Below are positions 1-11,001 of a stretch of DNA of 64,000 nt, piece by piece. The notes under the pieces are model-generated. The model was not told the DNA's origin. It searched no databases and worked only from the letters and a program-made list of their open reading frames with translations. Within the stretch, counting starts at the first letter, position 1; every line of letters starts with the position of its first letter. Both the position numbers and the translations under genes were made by a program. The DNA comes from an uncultured candidate division Zixibacteria bacterium (GTDB lineage Bacteria; Zixibacteria; MSB-5A5; GN15; FEB-12): NCBI GenBank assembly GCA_963664195.1, contig OY760907.1:3296001-3360000 (forward strand), given 5' to 3'.

Positions 1-582
1 GCCGACTTGATTGTCGACCTGTCGACTGCCCGCGAGGGTGACCTCTGTCCGAAGTGTGGTGGGCCGTTGACGGTAAAGGACGGTATTGAGGTTGGCAACA
101 CGTTCCAGCTCGGGACCAAGTACGCTGAGACCCTCGGAGCCAAATTCCTCGATACTGAGGGGAATGAACATCCATGCATTATGGGATCGTACGGTATCGG
201 TATCACAAGAACGCCGCAGGCTGCCCTGGAGAAATACTCCGATGACAACGGGATTATTTGGCCGAAAAATATCGCCCCGTATCTTGTGGAGCTGATTCCC
301 CTCCAGATGGGTAAGGAAAACGTCGTTGAGGCGGCTGAGAAAGTCTACAAAGAGCTTCAGGAGGCCGGTATTGACGTCCTGATGGACGACCGTCAGGAGC
401 GGGCTGGAGTCAAATTCAACGATGCTGACCTGATTGGCATGCCTATCAGGATCACAATCGGAGATAAGTCGCTACAGCAGGGCAAGATAGAGATGAAAGC
501 ACGCTCCGCGGAGCAGGTTGATCTGGTTCCGGTGGACGGAATCGTCGAGGCTGTCCGGGCACTTGCCGAGCGGATCAATTAG
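1..582 (+). CDS. proS: Prolyl-tRNA synthetase, C-terminal part (5' truncated by window edge)
   Basis: GIEVGNTFQLGTKY, MGSYGIGITR, GIIWP..IAPY and the anticodon-binding domain DDRQERAGVKFNDADLIGMP. Confidence 0.96.
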   Translation, partial: ADLIVDLSTAREGDLCPKCGGPLTVKDGIEVGNTFQLGTKYAETLGAKFLDTEGNEHPCIMGSYGIGITRTPQAALEKYSDDNGIIWPKNIAPYLVELIPLQMGKENVVEAAEKVYKELQEAGIDVLMDDRQERAGVKFNDADLIGMPIRITIGDKSLQQGKIEMKARSAEQVDLVPVDGIVEAVRALAERIN

Positions 583-594
583 CTGATAATTTTG

Positions 595-623
595 TTGCGC
601 TATAAGGAGTTAATCCTTATCAT
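595..623 (+). promoter_or_regulatory. Putative sigma70 promoter for the rimP operon
   Basis: TTGCGC-N17-TATCAT just upstream of the leader hairpin. Confidence 0.45.
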
Positions 624-633
624 ACTCAGCTTG

Positions 634-663
634 AAGAGTGGGCCGGAGCCCACTCTTTTGTTT
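634..663 (+). promoter_or_regulatory. rimP leader hairpin / terminator-attenuator
   Basis: AAGAGTGGGC-CGGA-GCCCACTCTT followed by TTGTTT; matches the widely conserved AGAGTGGG..CCCACTCT leader upstream of rimP. Confidence 0.75.
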
Positions 664-683
664 AGGCTGTCTAAGCGAGGTCA

Positions 684-1130
684 ATGAAGGACGAGACTAA
701 ACAGGAGTTGGCGGGTCTTATTGTGGACCCACTGGCACAAGCCGGCTATGAACTAGCCGATGTGGTGCTGTCGCATTACAAGAGTAATGTGACAGTACGG
801 GTATTTGTGTATGGGAGTGAGGGGGTCACTCTTGATGCGTGTGCCCGATTGTCACGACTTGTGGGCGACGTCATTGAGGAGACGGAGTTGTTCGCCGACG
901 GCTACACGCTTGAGGTGTCTTCGCCCGGTTTGGACAGGCCGCTGAAGACCGCCCGGGATTTTAAGTATCGGGTAGGCGAGACGGTCAAAATAGAGTTTGT
1001 AGAGAAGGCCAGGAAGCGATTACGGGCGGAGATTGTCTCCGCAGATGACCACAGTGTGACCCTGAAGCAGGGTGACGAGGCGGTCACGATCGACCTGACG
1101 GATATAGAAATGGCAAAAATCGTTTTTTGA
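684..1130 (+). CDS. rimP: Ribosome maturation factor RimP
   Basis: YTLEVSSPGLDRPL motif; position upstream of nusA. Confidence 0.96.
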   Translation: MKDETKQELAGLIVDPLAQAGYELADVVLSHYKSNVTVRVFVYGSEGVTLDACARLSRLVGDVIEETELFADGYTLEVSSPGLDRPLKTARDFKYRVGETVKIEFVEKARKRLRAEIVSADDHSVTLKQGDEAVTIDLTDIEMAKIVF

Positions 1131-1143
1131 TGGAGAATTCCTG

Positions 1144-2679
1144 ATGCCGTTTGATATGGTAGAAGCAATGACGCTGATCGCCAGGGAGAAAAACATCGAC
1201 TTCGATACAGTGGTGGAAACCCTGGAGGAGAGCCTTCTGGTCGCCGCCAAAAAGAAGTACGACAACATTGACAATATTTCGTTCAGGTTTGATCGCAAGA
1301 CTAACGAACTGTTCATGATTATGACCAAGAAGGTGGTTGATAACGTCGCCGAGGCGAATCTCGAGATCAGTCTCGATGAAGCCAAGGAAATCGACGACAC
1401 CGCCGAGCTTGGCGACGAGTTGGACATCTATCTTGACTACGAGGCCGAGTTCGGACGGAACGCTATCGCCTCCGCCAAACAGATTCTGATCCAGAAAATC
1501 CGCGACGTAGAGCACGAGCGCATCTATGACGAGTTCATTGACAAAGTCAACACGCTCGTATCCGGCGTCGTGCAGCAGATCGACAAGGGCAACGTGATTG
1601 TCAATCTCGGCCGCGGCGAGGCTATCCTGCCGATCCGCGAGCAGATTCCGCGTGAGAAATTCCGACAGGGAGACCGCGTCCGCGCCTATATTTTGGACGT
1701 ACAGAAGTCGCCTCGGGGTCCGCAGGTGATTCTCTCCCGCGTAAGCAACGACTTCCTTAAAGCGCTGTTCGCTATTGAAGTGCCGGAGATTTACGAACGT
1801 ATTATCGAGATTAAGGCAATCGCCCGCGAACCAGGGGAACGCGCCAAGATCGCCGTGTATTCATCCGATGATCGGATTGATCCAGTGGGTGCCTGTGTGG
1901 GCATTAAGGGTGTTCGCGTTCAGTCGATCGTCCGTGAGGTCAATAACGAGCGCATTGATATTGTACCGTACACCTCCAGCCCCGAAGTGTTTGTGACACG
2001 TGCTCTCGCCCCGGCCCGGGTGGTGAGTATTGATACGTTTGATCTTGAGAAGAAGATGACGGTCGTGGTCGAGGACGATAAGCTCTCGCTCGCCATTGGT
2101 CGTAACGGCCAGAACGCGCGGTTGGCCTCAAAGCTGACCGGCTGGAAGGTCAATATTCTCTCAGAGTCGCAATACAACGACGAGAAGAAGCGTGAAGCCG
2201 AGATGTTGATGCCGGTGGGGCAGGTTGATGGGATAGGTGGCAAGATTCGCGACCGCCTTATCGAGGCTGACATCAGCACGGTCCAGCGCCTGGCTCAGGC
2301 ATCGGTTGAGACGCTCACCAAGATCGAGGGGGTTGGCCAACGGACGGCTGAGACGCTTATCGAACGCGCCCAGGATATCGTTGTCGAACTTGAAGAAGAA
2401 TACACGGCCCGTGAGGCCGAGCGCAAAGCTGAAGAGCCTGAGCAGGAAGATGACAGGCTTGAAGAGAGCGATGTTTTCGCCGAAGAAGGCGAATTCGTGA
2501 CGGAGGAAGACGACGTTCTCGAGGCCGAGGCACCTGATCTTGACGAAGTTGAAGAAGACGAGGTGACTGAGCCGGACGCAGAGGAGGACGAATCTCTCGA
2601 GGCTGAGGCTCCTGCTCCTGACGAGGATGAAGAAGATGAGGCAAGTGAGCCGGACGCAGAGGAAAAGGAAACTGAGTGA
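1144..2679 (+). CDS. nusA: Transcription termination/antitermination factor NusA with HhH domain and long acidic tail
   Basis: FGRNAIASAKQ, S1 domain, AREPGERAKIAV, DPVGACVG, LAIGRNGQNARLA. Confidence 0.97.
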   Translation: MPFDMVEAMTLIAREKNIDFDTVVETLEESLLVAAKKKYDNIDNISFRFDRKTNELFMIMTKKVVDNVAEANLEISLDEAKEIDDTAELGDELDIYLDYEAEFGRNAIASAKQILIQKIRDVEHERIYDEFIDKVNTLVSGVVQQIDKGNVIVNLGRGEAILPIREQIPREKFRQGDRVRAYILDVQKSPRGPQVILSRVSNDFLKALFAIEVPEIYERIIEIKAIAREPGERAKIAVYSSDDRIDPVGACVGIKGVRVQSIVREVNNERIDIVPYTSSPEVFVTRALAPARVVSIDTFDLEKKMTVVVEDDKLSLAIGRNGQNARLASKLTGWKVNILSESQYNDEKKREAEMLMPVGQVDGIGGKIRDRLIEADISTVQRLAQASVETLTKIEGVGQRTAETLIERAQDIVVELEEEYTAREAERKAEEPEQEDDRLEESDVFAEEGEFVTEEDDVLEAEAPDLDEVEEDEVTEPDAEEDESLEAEAPAPDEDEEDEASEPDAEEKETE

Positions 2680-2740
2680 TAATTCAGTGCAGATCATTAC
2701 GGGTCAGGACAGACCCTTATTTTCGCGGAGGTAGGAACGC

Positions 2741-5239
2741 ATGGTAGCCGTCACTAAGAGAATCTATGAATTGGCTAAAGAGTACCGAGTCTCTTCCCAT
2801 GCGATGCTGAAAATCGTGCAGGAATTGGGCTTCACTCCGAAGTCACACATGTCGATCGCGCCTCCGGATATGATCAATGCGGTCAGCCTGAAGTTTGCCC
2901 AGGAGAAACAGCAGGCCAAACGAGAGATGCGCGAGAAGGAAGCCGCCGCCAAAGAAGCTGCGAGGCTTAAGAGTGAAGCGGAGGCCAAGGCGCGCGAGGA
3001 AGCTCGTGCGAAAGCGCACCAGAAAGCCCGCGAAGAGGCCCAGGCCAAAGCAGCGGCCAAGGTCAAGGCCGGTATACCGGTCAGAAAGGCCGAGCCCAGA
3101 ACGGCTCCGATCGGCGGCAAGGTAAGGACCAAGGCGCGTCCGGCCGAAGCACAGGCCCAGCCGGACACTCCGGCCCCTGCCCCGTCAGCGAGACCGGCGA
3201 CTCCCGGCACGAGACCTGCAGCTCCAGCCAAATCTCCATCCAAGATAGTCGCCAAAACCGAGGTCTCAGCCGGGACTACCGGTAAACCGATGGATGTCGC
3301 CGGCTTGTTCAAAAAGGCCGAGAAGAAAAAGAAACGTAAAGACCGTCGGAAGAAGAAAGACTTGCGCGTTGTCGACCAGACCGAGGTCGCGAAGAGTTTC
3401 CGTGCCACCATGGCCAATCTGGGGGGCGGCAAAGGCAAGAAGAAGTACAAGCGAACATCCCAGAATGGTGAGGATGGTGCTCCCGAATTCACCAACGTCA
3501 TTGAGGTGAACGAATACATGTCGGTGGCCGAGTTGGCCAACCTCATGGACCGTAAGGCCGCTGAAGTTGTTGCCAAGCTGCTTGAGATGGGAATGATGGC
3601 AACCATTAATCAGCGTCTGGACATGGACACGATCGAGATGTTGGCTTCCGAGTTTGGATTCGACACCAAGGCCATGGCCGAGATTGGCGAAGAAGTCCGC
3701 CAGGAGGAAATCGAAGAGAATCTCGTTCAGCGTGCGCCAGTAGTAACGGTCATGGGACACGTCGATCACGGCAAAACCTCGTTGCTTGATTATGTGCGCG
3801 AAACCAACGTGGTAAGTGGCGAAGCGGGCGCTATCACCCAGCATATCGGTGCATACGAAATACACCACAAAGGCAAGAAAGTGATTTTCCTCGATACGCC
3901 GGGTCACGAGGCCTTCACGGCCATGCGCGCCCGTGGTACTCAGATCACAGACATCGTCGTACTCATCGTAGCAGCTGATGAAGGTATCCGCCCACAGACA
4001 ATTGAGGCGATAGATCACGCCCGCGCAGGCGGTGTGCCGATAATCGTTGCGATTAGTAAAATAGACAAACCGGCAGCGAATCAGGATGATGTCAAAACGC
4101 AATTGGCCAACCGCAACCTGCTCGTTGAGGATTGGGGCGGTAAGGTTATTGCTGTCGGGATTTCGTCCAAAACCGGTGAGGGTATTGACAAACTTCTGGA
4201 GATGATTCTCATACAGGCCGAAATGATGGACCTCAAAGCCGATCCGACCATTCGCGGCCAGGGAGTTATTGTCGAGTCCCGTCTGGAAAAGGGTCGCGGT
4301 CCGGTTGCCACGGTACTCATTCAGCGCGGTACCTGCAAAGTCGGCAACACGATCGTTGCGGGTGTTCACAGCGGACATATCCGTACGATCGTGGACGATC
4401 GTGACCGCAAGCTCAAAGAAATCGGCCCGTCGACACCTGCGCAGATAACCGGTTTGTCCGGTGTGCCACAGGCCGGTGACAGTTTCCTTGTGGCAGTCGA
4501 TGATCAGGAAGCCCGTGAGATCACGATCAAGCGCAGCCAGGTGAAACGCGAGTACGACTCGCGCCGTCCGCAGGGCCCGGTTACTCTGGATCGCATTTTC
4601 GATCAGATTCAGGAAGGTCAGATCAAGGAAGTTCGCCTCATTATCAAGGGTGACGTGGACGGCTCAGTCGAGGTGCTTTCCGATACGCTCGGTAAGATTG
4701 CGACCGAGGAAGTCAAGACGAATATTATTCGCGACGGTGTTGGTGCAATTACTGAATCCGACGTTCTCCTGGCAGCGGCGTCGGACGCCATTATTATAGG
4801 CTTCCAGGTTTCTCCCGACCTCAGGGCACGCGAACTGGCCAAGCAGGAAAAAGTCGATATCCGTCTGTACGACATCATTTACGAGGCAGAGAACGATGTC
4901 AAGAAGGCGCTCGAGGGCCTGCTGGCTCCGACGCTCAAAGAAGAGTTTGTTGGCTCTGCCGAAGTGCGGGAAGTCTTCAAGGTTCCGAAGATTGGTCTGA
5001 TTGCCGGCTGCTACGTCAAGAGCGGGCGGATAAATCGCAAGGACAAGGTCAGATTGCTGCGAAACGGCAAGCTGGTATACTCGGGAGCGGTTTCCTCGCT
5101 GAGACGTTTCAAAGATGACGCCAAGGAAGTGAAGGAAGGCTTCGAGTGTGGTATCGGTATTGAGAACTTCAACGACGTCAAAGTAGGAGACATGATCGAA
5201 GCGATCGAGATCGTCGAAATCGCCCGGACGCTTGGTTAG
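2741..5239 (+). CDS. infB: Translation initiation factor IF-2
   Basis: RIYELAKE N-terminus; GHVDHGKT, GAITQHIGAY, DTPGHEAF, FECGIG. Confidence 0.98.
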   Translation: MVAVTKRIYELAKEYRVSSHAMLKIVQELGFTPKSHMSIAPPDMINAVSLKFAQEKQQAKREMREKEAAAKEAARLKSEAEAKAREEARAKAHQKAREEAQAKAAAKVKAGIPVRKAEPRTAPIGGKVRTKARPAEAQAQPDTPAPAPSARPATPGTRPAAPAKSPSKIVAKTEVSAGTTGKPMDVAGLFKKAEKKKKRKDRRKKKDLRVVDQTEVAKSFRATMANLGGGKGKKKYKRTSQNGEDGAPEFTNVIEVNEYMSVAELANLMDRKAAEVVAKLLEMGMMATINQRLDMDTIEMLASEFGFDTKAMAEIGEEVRQEEIEENLVQRAPVVTVMGHVDHGKTSLLDYVRETNVVSGEAGAITQHIGAYEIHHKGKKVIFLDTPGHEAFTAMRARGTQITDIVVLIVAADEGIRPQTIEAIDHARAGGVPIIVAISKIDKPAANQDDVKTQLANRNLLVEDWGGKVIAVGISSKTGEGIDKLLEMILIQAEMMDLKADPTIRGQGVIVESRLEKGRGPVATVLIQRGTCKVGNTIVAGVHSGHIRTIVDDRDRKLKEIGPSTPAQITGLSGVPQAGDSFLVAVDDQEAREITIKRSQVKREYDSRRPQGPVTLDRIFDQIQEGQIKEVRLIIKGDVDGSVEVLSDTLGKIATEEVKTNIIRDGVGAITESDVLLAAASDAIIIGFQVSPDLRARELAKQEKVDIRLYDIIYEAENDVKKALEGLLAPTLKEEFVGSAEVREVFKVPKIGLIAGCYVKSGRINRKDKVRLLRNGKLVYSGAVSSLRRFKDDAKEVKEGFECGIGIENFNDVKVGDMIEAIEIVEIARTLG

Positions 5240-5351
5240 CGTTCGGCCACGGACTCGGCATCTCACAGCCGACGGCAAGCACAGACGCCATAGAGGGGCA
5301 TCGCCAACGACTACGCACAGCTATCGAGACTGGTCCTGATCAATATACACC

Positions 5352-5711
5352 ATGAGACAGTTCAAGAGATCACAGAGACTTGGCGAACAGATTCACCGCG
5401 ATATCTCGCAGCTACTGGAGCGAGACCTCGCGGATTTTGCCGGGGGAATGGTCACGTTTACCCGCGTCAAGATGACCGATGACCTTCGATACGCCAAAGT
5501 CTATTATTCGTTCCTCGGCAGCCCCGAGGATCGAGTCCGAGTTGACGAGTATCTTGCCCGTCGAAGAAACAAGATTCGCCATGACATCGGCAAAAACCTG
5601 CGAGTGCGCAACATACCAGAGTTGACCTTCAAGTTTGATCCCTCGGTGGAAGAAGGTCTTCGAATCGAACAGCTTCTGAATGAGATCAACGATGAACGCG
5701 ATGCGCAGTAA
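5352..5711 (+). CDS. rbfA: 30S ribosome-binding factor RbfA
   Basis: VTFTRVKMTDDLRYAKVY, RNIPELTFKFDPS; synteny. Confidence 0.95.
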   Translation: MRQFKRSQRLGEQIHRDISQLLERDLADFAGGMVTFTRVKMTDDLRYAKVYYSFLGSPEDRVRVDEYLARRRNKIRHDIGKNLRVRNIPELTFKFDPSVEEGLRIEQLLNEINDERDAQ

Positions 5712-6705
5712 TATCAGCGGCAAAACGGCCTCTCCAATCCACCGAATTCGCGAGGTGCTGGAGAAATCCCGACGAGTCCTCGTCGTCTCTCACACCGAGC
5801 CCGATGGTGACGCGCTGGGTACCCAGTTGGCCATGGGGCAATACCTCAAGGATTCCGGCAAGGAAGTTTTCCTGGTCAGGGATTCGGAGATTCCGGGCAA
5901 GTATAGATTCATTCCGGGTATTGAGAGCATTCTACCGGCGAGTTCGCTCGGTGACGACCTCAACATTGACACCGCACTGATACTTGAGTGTCCGGTGCTG
6001 AGGCGGGCCGGGTCGGCCGTCCGTTTCTTCAAACACGGCGTCAAGACGGTGAGCATTGACCATCACCGCGACTGCGACAAACACAGCGATGTGAACTGGA
6101 TTGATGTAGGATCGTCCTCGGTTGGTGAAATGGCATTCGAGTATCTTAAGGCGGTCGGGTATGATATTTCGCCCGATGTCGCCGTGCAACTGTACACCGC
6201 TATTCTGACCGATACCGGCAGATTCCGGTACGAGTCCACTTCGCCGCGTACGATGGCGATTGGCGGCGAGTTGATTCGCCTGGGTGCCAATCCGCGCGAA
6301 GTCTGCAACCATATCTATTACGATATGCCACGGTCCACTATGCTCCTGACAGCGAAAGTGCTCGGTAGCATGGAGTATCATCAGGACGGTCGTATTTGTA
6401 TTATGGCGCTGACCAAAGAGATGCTGGCCGCGTCTGGTGCCAAGTCGCACGAGTCCGACGGCCTGGTAGATTTCACGCTCTACACGAGTGGTGTGATGAC
6501 CGGAGCGCTGCTCAAGGAAGTGCATGATAAGAGCACCAAGGTCTCCCTTCGTTCCGGCAACGGCGTGAATGTGGCCCAGGTTGCGGCGGCGTTCGGCGGT
6601 GGCGGGCATTTCAATGCCGCAGGCTGCGAATTGAAGATGCCCCTGGCTGAGGCCAAAGAGACGATTATCAAGATGCTGAAAGAAGCTGATGTCAAAGGGA
6701 AATGA
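5680..6705 (+). CDS. nrnA: DHH/DHHA1 bifunctional oligoribonuclease/PAP phosphatase (start may be 5692 or 5701)
   Basis: SHTEPDGDALG, IDHH, TDTGRF, SLRS, GGGGHFNAAG. Confidence 0.9.
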   Translation: MRSTMNAMRSNISGKTASPIHRIREVLEKSRRVLVVSHTEPDGDALGTQLAMGQYLKDSGKEVFLVRDSEIPGKYRFIPGIESILPASSLGDDLNIDTALILECPVLRRAGSAVRFFKHGVKTVSIDHHRDCDKHSDVNWIDVGSSSVGEMAFEYLKAVGYDISPDVAVQLYTAILTDTGRFRYESTSPRTMAIGGELIRLGANPREVCNHIYYDMPRSTMLLTAKVLGSMEYHQDGRICIMALTKEMLAASGAKSHESDGLVDFTLYTSGVMTGALLKEVHDKSTKVSLRSGNGVNVAQVAAAFGGGGHFNAAGCELKMPLAEAKETIIKMLKEADVKGK

Positions 6706-7639
6706 CAGATACCACGGCGTATTGCTTCTCGATAAGCCGTCGGGCATAACCAGCCACGACGCGGTAAGCAAAGTACGTCGGATAATCCGTCAAAGGTCAA
6801 TCGGACACACCGGCACGCTCGATCCGGCGGCCGAAGGGCTGTTGGTTTTGTGCCTTGGCAGAGCGACGAAAATTTCACGCTTTCTTTCAGCGGACCGCAA
6901 GACATATCAAGCAGAGATGAAGCTTGGTCGCGTTTCGAAGACGTACGATGCAGAAGGTGTCGACGAAAGCACACCGGTCGAACCGATCCCGGCGCTGGAT
7001 GAGGCAGCAATTGAGAATGTTCTCTCCGGATTTAGAGGAGAGATAAGACAACAGGTTCCGTCCTACTCCGCGGTCCACGTGAATGGCAAACGTCTCTATG
7101 AAGCGGCACGCAAAGGCGAAGAAGTGGAAGCCCCCGTCAGGAATGTTACCATCTACCGCCTGGGTCTGCTTTCTCACGCTGATGACAGCATCAGGGTAGA
7201 AGTAGAATGCAGCAAGGGAACGTATATCAGGAGCCTTGCTCATGACATCGGCCAGGTGATTGGTTGCGGTGGTTATCTCAGTCACCTTCAGAGAACGGCT
7301 GCCGGACGTATGGACCTCAGCGCGGCGTTGTCGTTGGAGCAGGTTGAGGAGTTGCACAAACGTGAAGAGTTTGACGCGGCTTTGTTGAACATCGATCGCG
7401 CTCTTGAGTTTGGTGCGGTGACAATTTCTGACGATTTCAGCAGGTATATTCTGCACGGACGGTCGCCGTTTGCGACCGATGTGATTGACGTCGAGGGGAG
7501 TTTCGACGAGGGTGACCGTATATTGGTGAAGCATAGTGACGGCTCGGTTCTTGCGGTTGGCAAGGCCAGACTGTCCTCGCAGCACCTTCACGAACACCGG
7601 CCGGGAGAGATTGTAACTTACGACAGGGTATTGAATTGA
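6689..7639 (+). CDS. truB: tRNA pseudouridine(55) synthase with C-terminal PUA domain
   Basis: DKPSGITSHD, GHTGTLDP, SKGTYIRSLAHDIG. Confidence 0.97.
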   Translation: MSKGNDRYHGVLLLDKPSGITSHDAVSKVRRIIRQRSIGHTGTLDPAAEGLLVLCLGRATKISRFLSADRKTYQAEMKLGRVSKTYDAEGVDESTPVEPIPALDEAAIENVLSGFRGEIRQQVPSYSAVHVNGKRLYEAARKGEEVEAPVRNVTIYRLGLLSHADDSIRVEVECSKGTYIRSLAHDIGQVIGCGGYLSHLQRTAAGRMDLSAALSLEQVEELHKREEFDAALLNIDRALEFGAVTISDDFSRYILHGRSPFATDVIDVEGSFDEGDRILVKHSDGSVLAVGKARLSSQHLHEHRPGEIVTYDRVLN

Positions 7640-8589
7640 CAACCGGGTTCATACGAGGATTGACAAACTACCCCGCTGCACAGCGAGGTTCAACTGTTGT
7701 AACCATAGGCACCTTTGACGGTATTCATCTGGGACACCAGGCCATCCTGCGACGTGTGCGCGAGGTGGCTGACGAAACCGGACTCAAGCCGGTGCTGGTG
7801 ACTTTTCATCCGCACCCGCGTGTGGTGGTATCGCCGAACGCGGTACCGATGCTCCTTACATCGGTAGAGGAGAAGTCGAAATTCGTCCCGCACTTCTTTG
7901 ACGGCGACGTGCTGGTTCTTGAGTTCAACAGGGAGTTGATGAACCTTACCGCTGAAGATTTCGTCAATCGGGTACTTGTGGATACGCTCGGCGTTAAGCA
8001 TCTTGTAGTTGGGTATGATCACGCACTCGGCAAGGACCGTCGCGGAAACACTGATGAGCTGCGCCGACTTGGAGTGGCCAAGGATTTTGATGTCGAGGTT
8101 GTCGGACCGATCATTCATCGCGGTTCGGCGGTTTCTTCGACTCGCATACGTAAGTTAATGTCGGCGGGACCGTACCGGGACGCCCTGGAATTGCTCGGAC
8201 ACGACTATGCGATATATGGCAAGGTAGAACGCGGCCTTGGTCTCGGACGTAAACTCGGATTTCCGACGGCGAATGTAAACTATAGCCTTCGCAAGCTTTT
8301 GCCGCCGGAAGGAGTCTACGCCTGTTGGGTTCAGATTGGCAAGGAAGAGTTCGATGGTATGATGTTCATCGGGCAGAATCATTTCAATCCGACTGCCAAA
8401 CTGTCGGTTGAAGCCAACCTGTTCAACTTTGACCGCGACATATACGATGAGGAAATCGTGGTTTACCCCACGGTATTCATCAGAGAGAACCAACGTTTCG
8501 ACAGCACTGATTTGCTGGTGGAACAGATTCACTCGGACAAAAAGAACGTATTGGATATAGTACAAAGAGGAGAAAAGACATGTCAGTAG
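7636..8589 (+). CDS. ribF: Bifunctional riboflavin kinase/FAD synthetase
   Basis: [29 protein letters not shown]. Confidence 0.96.
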   Translation: MTTGFIRGLTNYPAAQRGSTVVTIGTFDGIHLGHQAILRRVREVADETGLKPVLVTFHPHPRVVVSPNAVPMLLTSVEEKSKFVPHFFDGDVLVLEFNRELMNLTAEDFVNRVLVDTLGVKHLVVGYDHALGKDRRGNTDELRRLGVAKDFDVEVVGPIIHRGSAVSSTRIRKLMSAGPYRDALELLGHDYAIYGKVERGLGLGRKLGFPTANVNYSLRKLLPPEGVYACWVQIGKEEFDGMMFIGQNHFNPTAKLSVEANLFNFDRDIYDEEIVVYPTVFIRENQRFDSTDLLVEQIHSDKKNVLDIVQRGEKTCQ

Positions 8590-8849
8590 ACAAGGCCCGG
8601 AAGGCGGAGATCGTAGAGACTCACCGTCTTCATGAAAGCGATACCGGTTCACCCGAGGTGCAGGTTGCGCTCCTGACGGAACGCATTAATCATCTCACCG
8701 GGCACATGAAGGAACACAAGAAGGATTTTCACACTCGTCATGGCCTGCTGAAATTAGTCGGCCAGAGACGGCGCATGCTCGATTATCTCAAGGATCGTGA
8801 TATTGAGAGCTATCGTGATGTTATCAAACAGCTCGGCATCAGACGCTAA
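8580..8849 (+). CDS. rpsO: 30S ribosomal protein S15
   Basis: [36 protein letters not shown]. Confidence 0.98.
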   Translation: MSVDKARKAEIVETHRLHESDTGSPEVQVALLTERINHLTGHMKEHKKDFHTRHGLLKLVGQRRRMLDYLKDRDIESYRDVIKQLGIRR

Positions 8850-8869
8850 GAGCGAAAGTAGTAGGAAAT

Positions 8870-10984
8870 ATGGTAAGCAAAGTTGAATTTGAGCTCGGTG
8901 GTCGGACAATGATCATCGAAAGCGGCAGAATGGCGAAGCAGGCAAACGGCGCCGTCACAGTTCAGTACGGAGACTCAATGGTGATCTCCACCGTCTGTGC
9001 GCAGACCGAACCTAAGAGAGGTTTTGACTTCTTCCCACTCACCGTAGAGTACCGAGAGAAATCGTATGCCGCCGGCAAGATTCCCGGTGGCTTCTTCAAG
9101 CGGGAAGGACGCCCGTCGGAGAAGGAAATTCTCTCGGCCCGGATTATCGATCGTCCGATCCGCCCGTTGTTCCCGAAAGACTTCAAAGGCGAAACACAGG
9201 TCATCAATTTCATTATATCGCATGACCAGCAGAACGACACAGACATTCTGGCACTTGTCGGCTCCGGCGCTTGCCTCGCAATATCTGACGTTCCGGTTGC
9301 TGAAACGGTCGCCGGTTGTCGTGTTGGGCGACTTGACGGTGAGTTCATAATCAACCCGACTTTTGACCAGCGCGAAGAGTGTGATCTCCAGATCACCATG
9401 GCCGGTTCTGCCGATGCCATCGCTATGGTTGAAGGCGGCGGTTACGAAGCCAGCGAAGAAGACGTCATTCAGGCTCTTCAATTCGGACACGATCAAATCA
9501 AGATCATCGTGGCCAAGATCGAAGAGCTTCGCGAAATGTGCGGCAAAGAGAAGTTCGAGTACACCCCGGTGACGGTGGACGAGGGACTTCTGGGCCGTGT
9601 GACCGAACTGGTCGGTAACCGTATGGACGAGTTTAATCATATCGTCGACAAAACTGAACGTAACAACGAGAAGAAGAAGCTCAAGAACGAAATCCTTGAG
9701 GCTCTGGCCGAGGAATTCGCGGATCAAGAAGGCGACATCAAAACCGCCATCCACGATCTGGACGCAGTCTCCATGCGCTCGATGATTCTCAACGAGAGCA
9801 AGCGCATCGACGGTCGTCAGACCGACGAGATTCGTCAGATCACCTGCGAAACCAGCGTGCTCCCGCGCACTCACGGTTCGGCCCTGTTCACTCGCGGCCA
9901 GACCCAGGCGCTCGTAGCCGTTACCCTCGGCACTAAAGTTGACGAACAGCGCTTGGACGAGCTTGAAGGGGACACCACCAAGAGCTACATGCTGCACTAC
10001 AACTTCCCGCCGTTCTCGACCGGGGAGACCAAGCCGATCCGCGGCACCAACCGCAGAGAAATCGGTCACGGTAACCTGGCGGAACGCGCCCTCCAGCCGG
10101 TCATTCCGGATGAAGGAAGTTTCCCTTATACGGTTCGAGTAGTCTCTGACATTATGGAATCCAACGGTTCCTCGTCGATGGCGTCGGTCTGTGGCGGTTC
10201 GCTGTCACTAATGGACGCCGGTGTCCCGATCAAAACGGCAGTTGCCGGTATCGCGATGGGCTTGATCAAAGAAGATGACAACGTCAAGATATTGACAGAC
10301 ATCCTCGGCGATGAAGACCATTTCGGCGACATGGACTTCAAGGTTGCCGGTACCAAGGACGGCATCAATGCCATCCAGATGGATATCAAAATCGCCGGTC
10401 TGGATATCGAGATCATGCGTCAGGCGCTTGACAAAGCGCGCGTCGCACGCCTCTCGATTCTCGGCAATATGAATGCTGAGCTTCCGAAGCATCGTGACCA
10501 GCTCTCGCAGTTCGCTCCGAGAATTATCACTATGAAGATCAACCCGTCGAAGATCGGCGAGGTGATTGGCCCAGGCGGCAAGATCATTCGCAGCATTGTC
10601 GAGGAGACGGGTGCCAAGGTGGATATTGAGGACGATGGCACCGTGACAATCGCTTCGACCGACGGTGAGGCCGGTGCGGCCGCAGTGGCCCGTATCGAAG
10701 CTATCGTTGAAGAACCTGAGGTCAATCGTGTGTACAACGGCGTTGTTCGCCGTACGACTGACTTCGGCGCCTTTGTCGAGATCATTCCGGGCACCGACGG
10801 TCTGGTGCACATTTCTGAACTTGATCTGGAACGTGTTCGTAAGGTTGAAGACATCTGTCGTGTTGGCGACCGCATGGAAGTTAAAGTGATTTCCATAGAC
10901 GGTGACAATCGTGTACGGCTGTCTCGCAAGGCTCTGCTGATGGATAAGCGTCAGCCGTCCGACGAACCCAAAAGCGATAGCTAA
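8870..10984 (+). CDS. pnp: Polyribonucleotide nucleotidyltransferase (PNPase)
   Basis: FFPLTVEY, IPGGFFKREGRP, HGSALFTRGQTQ, ESNGSSSMAS, GDMDFKVAG, KH and S1 domains. Confidence 0.98.
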   Translation: MVSKVEFELGGRTMIIESGRMAKQANGAVTVQYGDSMVISTVCAQTEPKRGFDFFPLTVEYREKSYAAGKIPGGFFKREGRPSEKEILSARIIDRPIRPLFPKDFKGETQVINFIISHDQQNDTDILALVGSGACLAISDVPVAETVAGCRVGRLDGEFIINPTFDQREECDLQITMAGSADAIAMVEGGGYEASEEDVIQALQFGHDQIKIIVAKIEELREMCGKEKFEYTPVTVDEGLLGRVTELVGNRMDEFNHIVDKTERNNEKKKLKNEILEALAEEFADQEGDIKTAIHDLDAVSMRSMILNESKRIDGRQTDEIRQITCETSVLPRTHGSALFTRGQTQALVAVTLGTKVDEQRLDELEGDTTKSYMLHYNFPPFSTGETKPIRGTNRREIGHGNLAERALQPVIPDEGSFPYTVRVVSDIMESNGSSSMASVCGGSLSLMDAGVPIKTAVAGIAMGLIKEDDNVKILTDILGDEDHFGDMDFKVAGTKDGINAIQMDIKIAGLDIEIMRQALDKARVARLSILGNMNAELPKHRDQLSQFAPRIITMKINPSKIGEVIGPGGKIIRSIVEETGAKVDIEDDGTVTIASTDGEAGAAAVARIEAIVEEPEVNRVYNGVVRRTTDFGAFVEIIPGTDGLVHISELDLERVRKVEDICRVGDRMEVKVISIDGDNRVRLSRKALLMDKRQPSDEPKSDS

Positions 10985-11001
10985 TCACAGATTGGGGCAT
11001 T

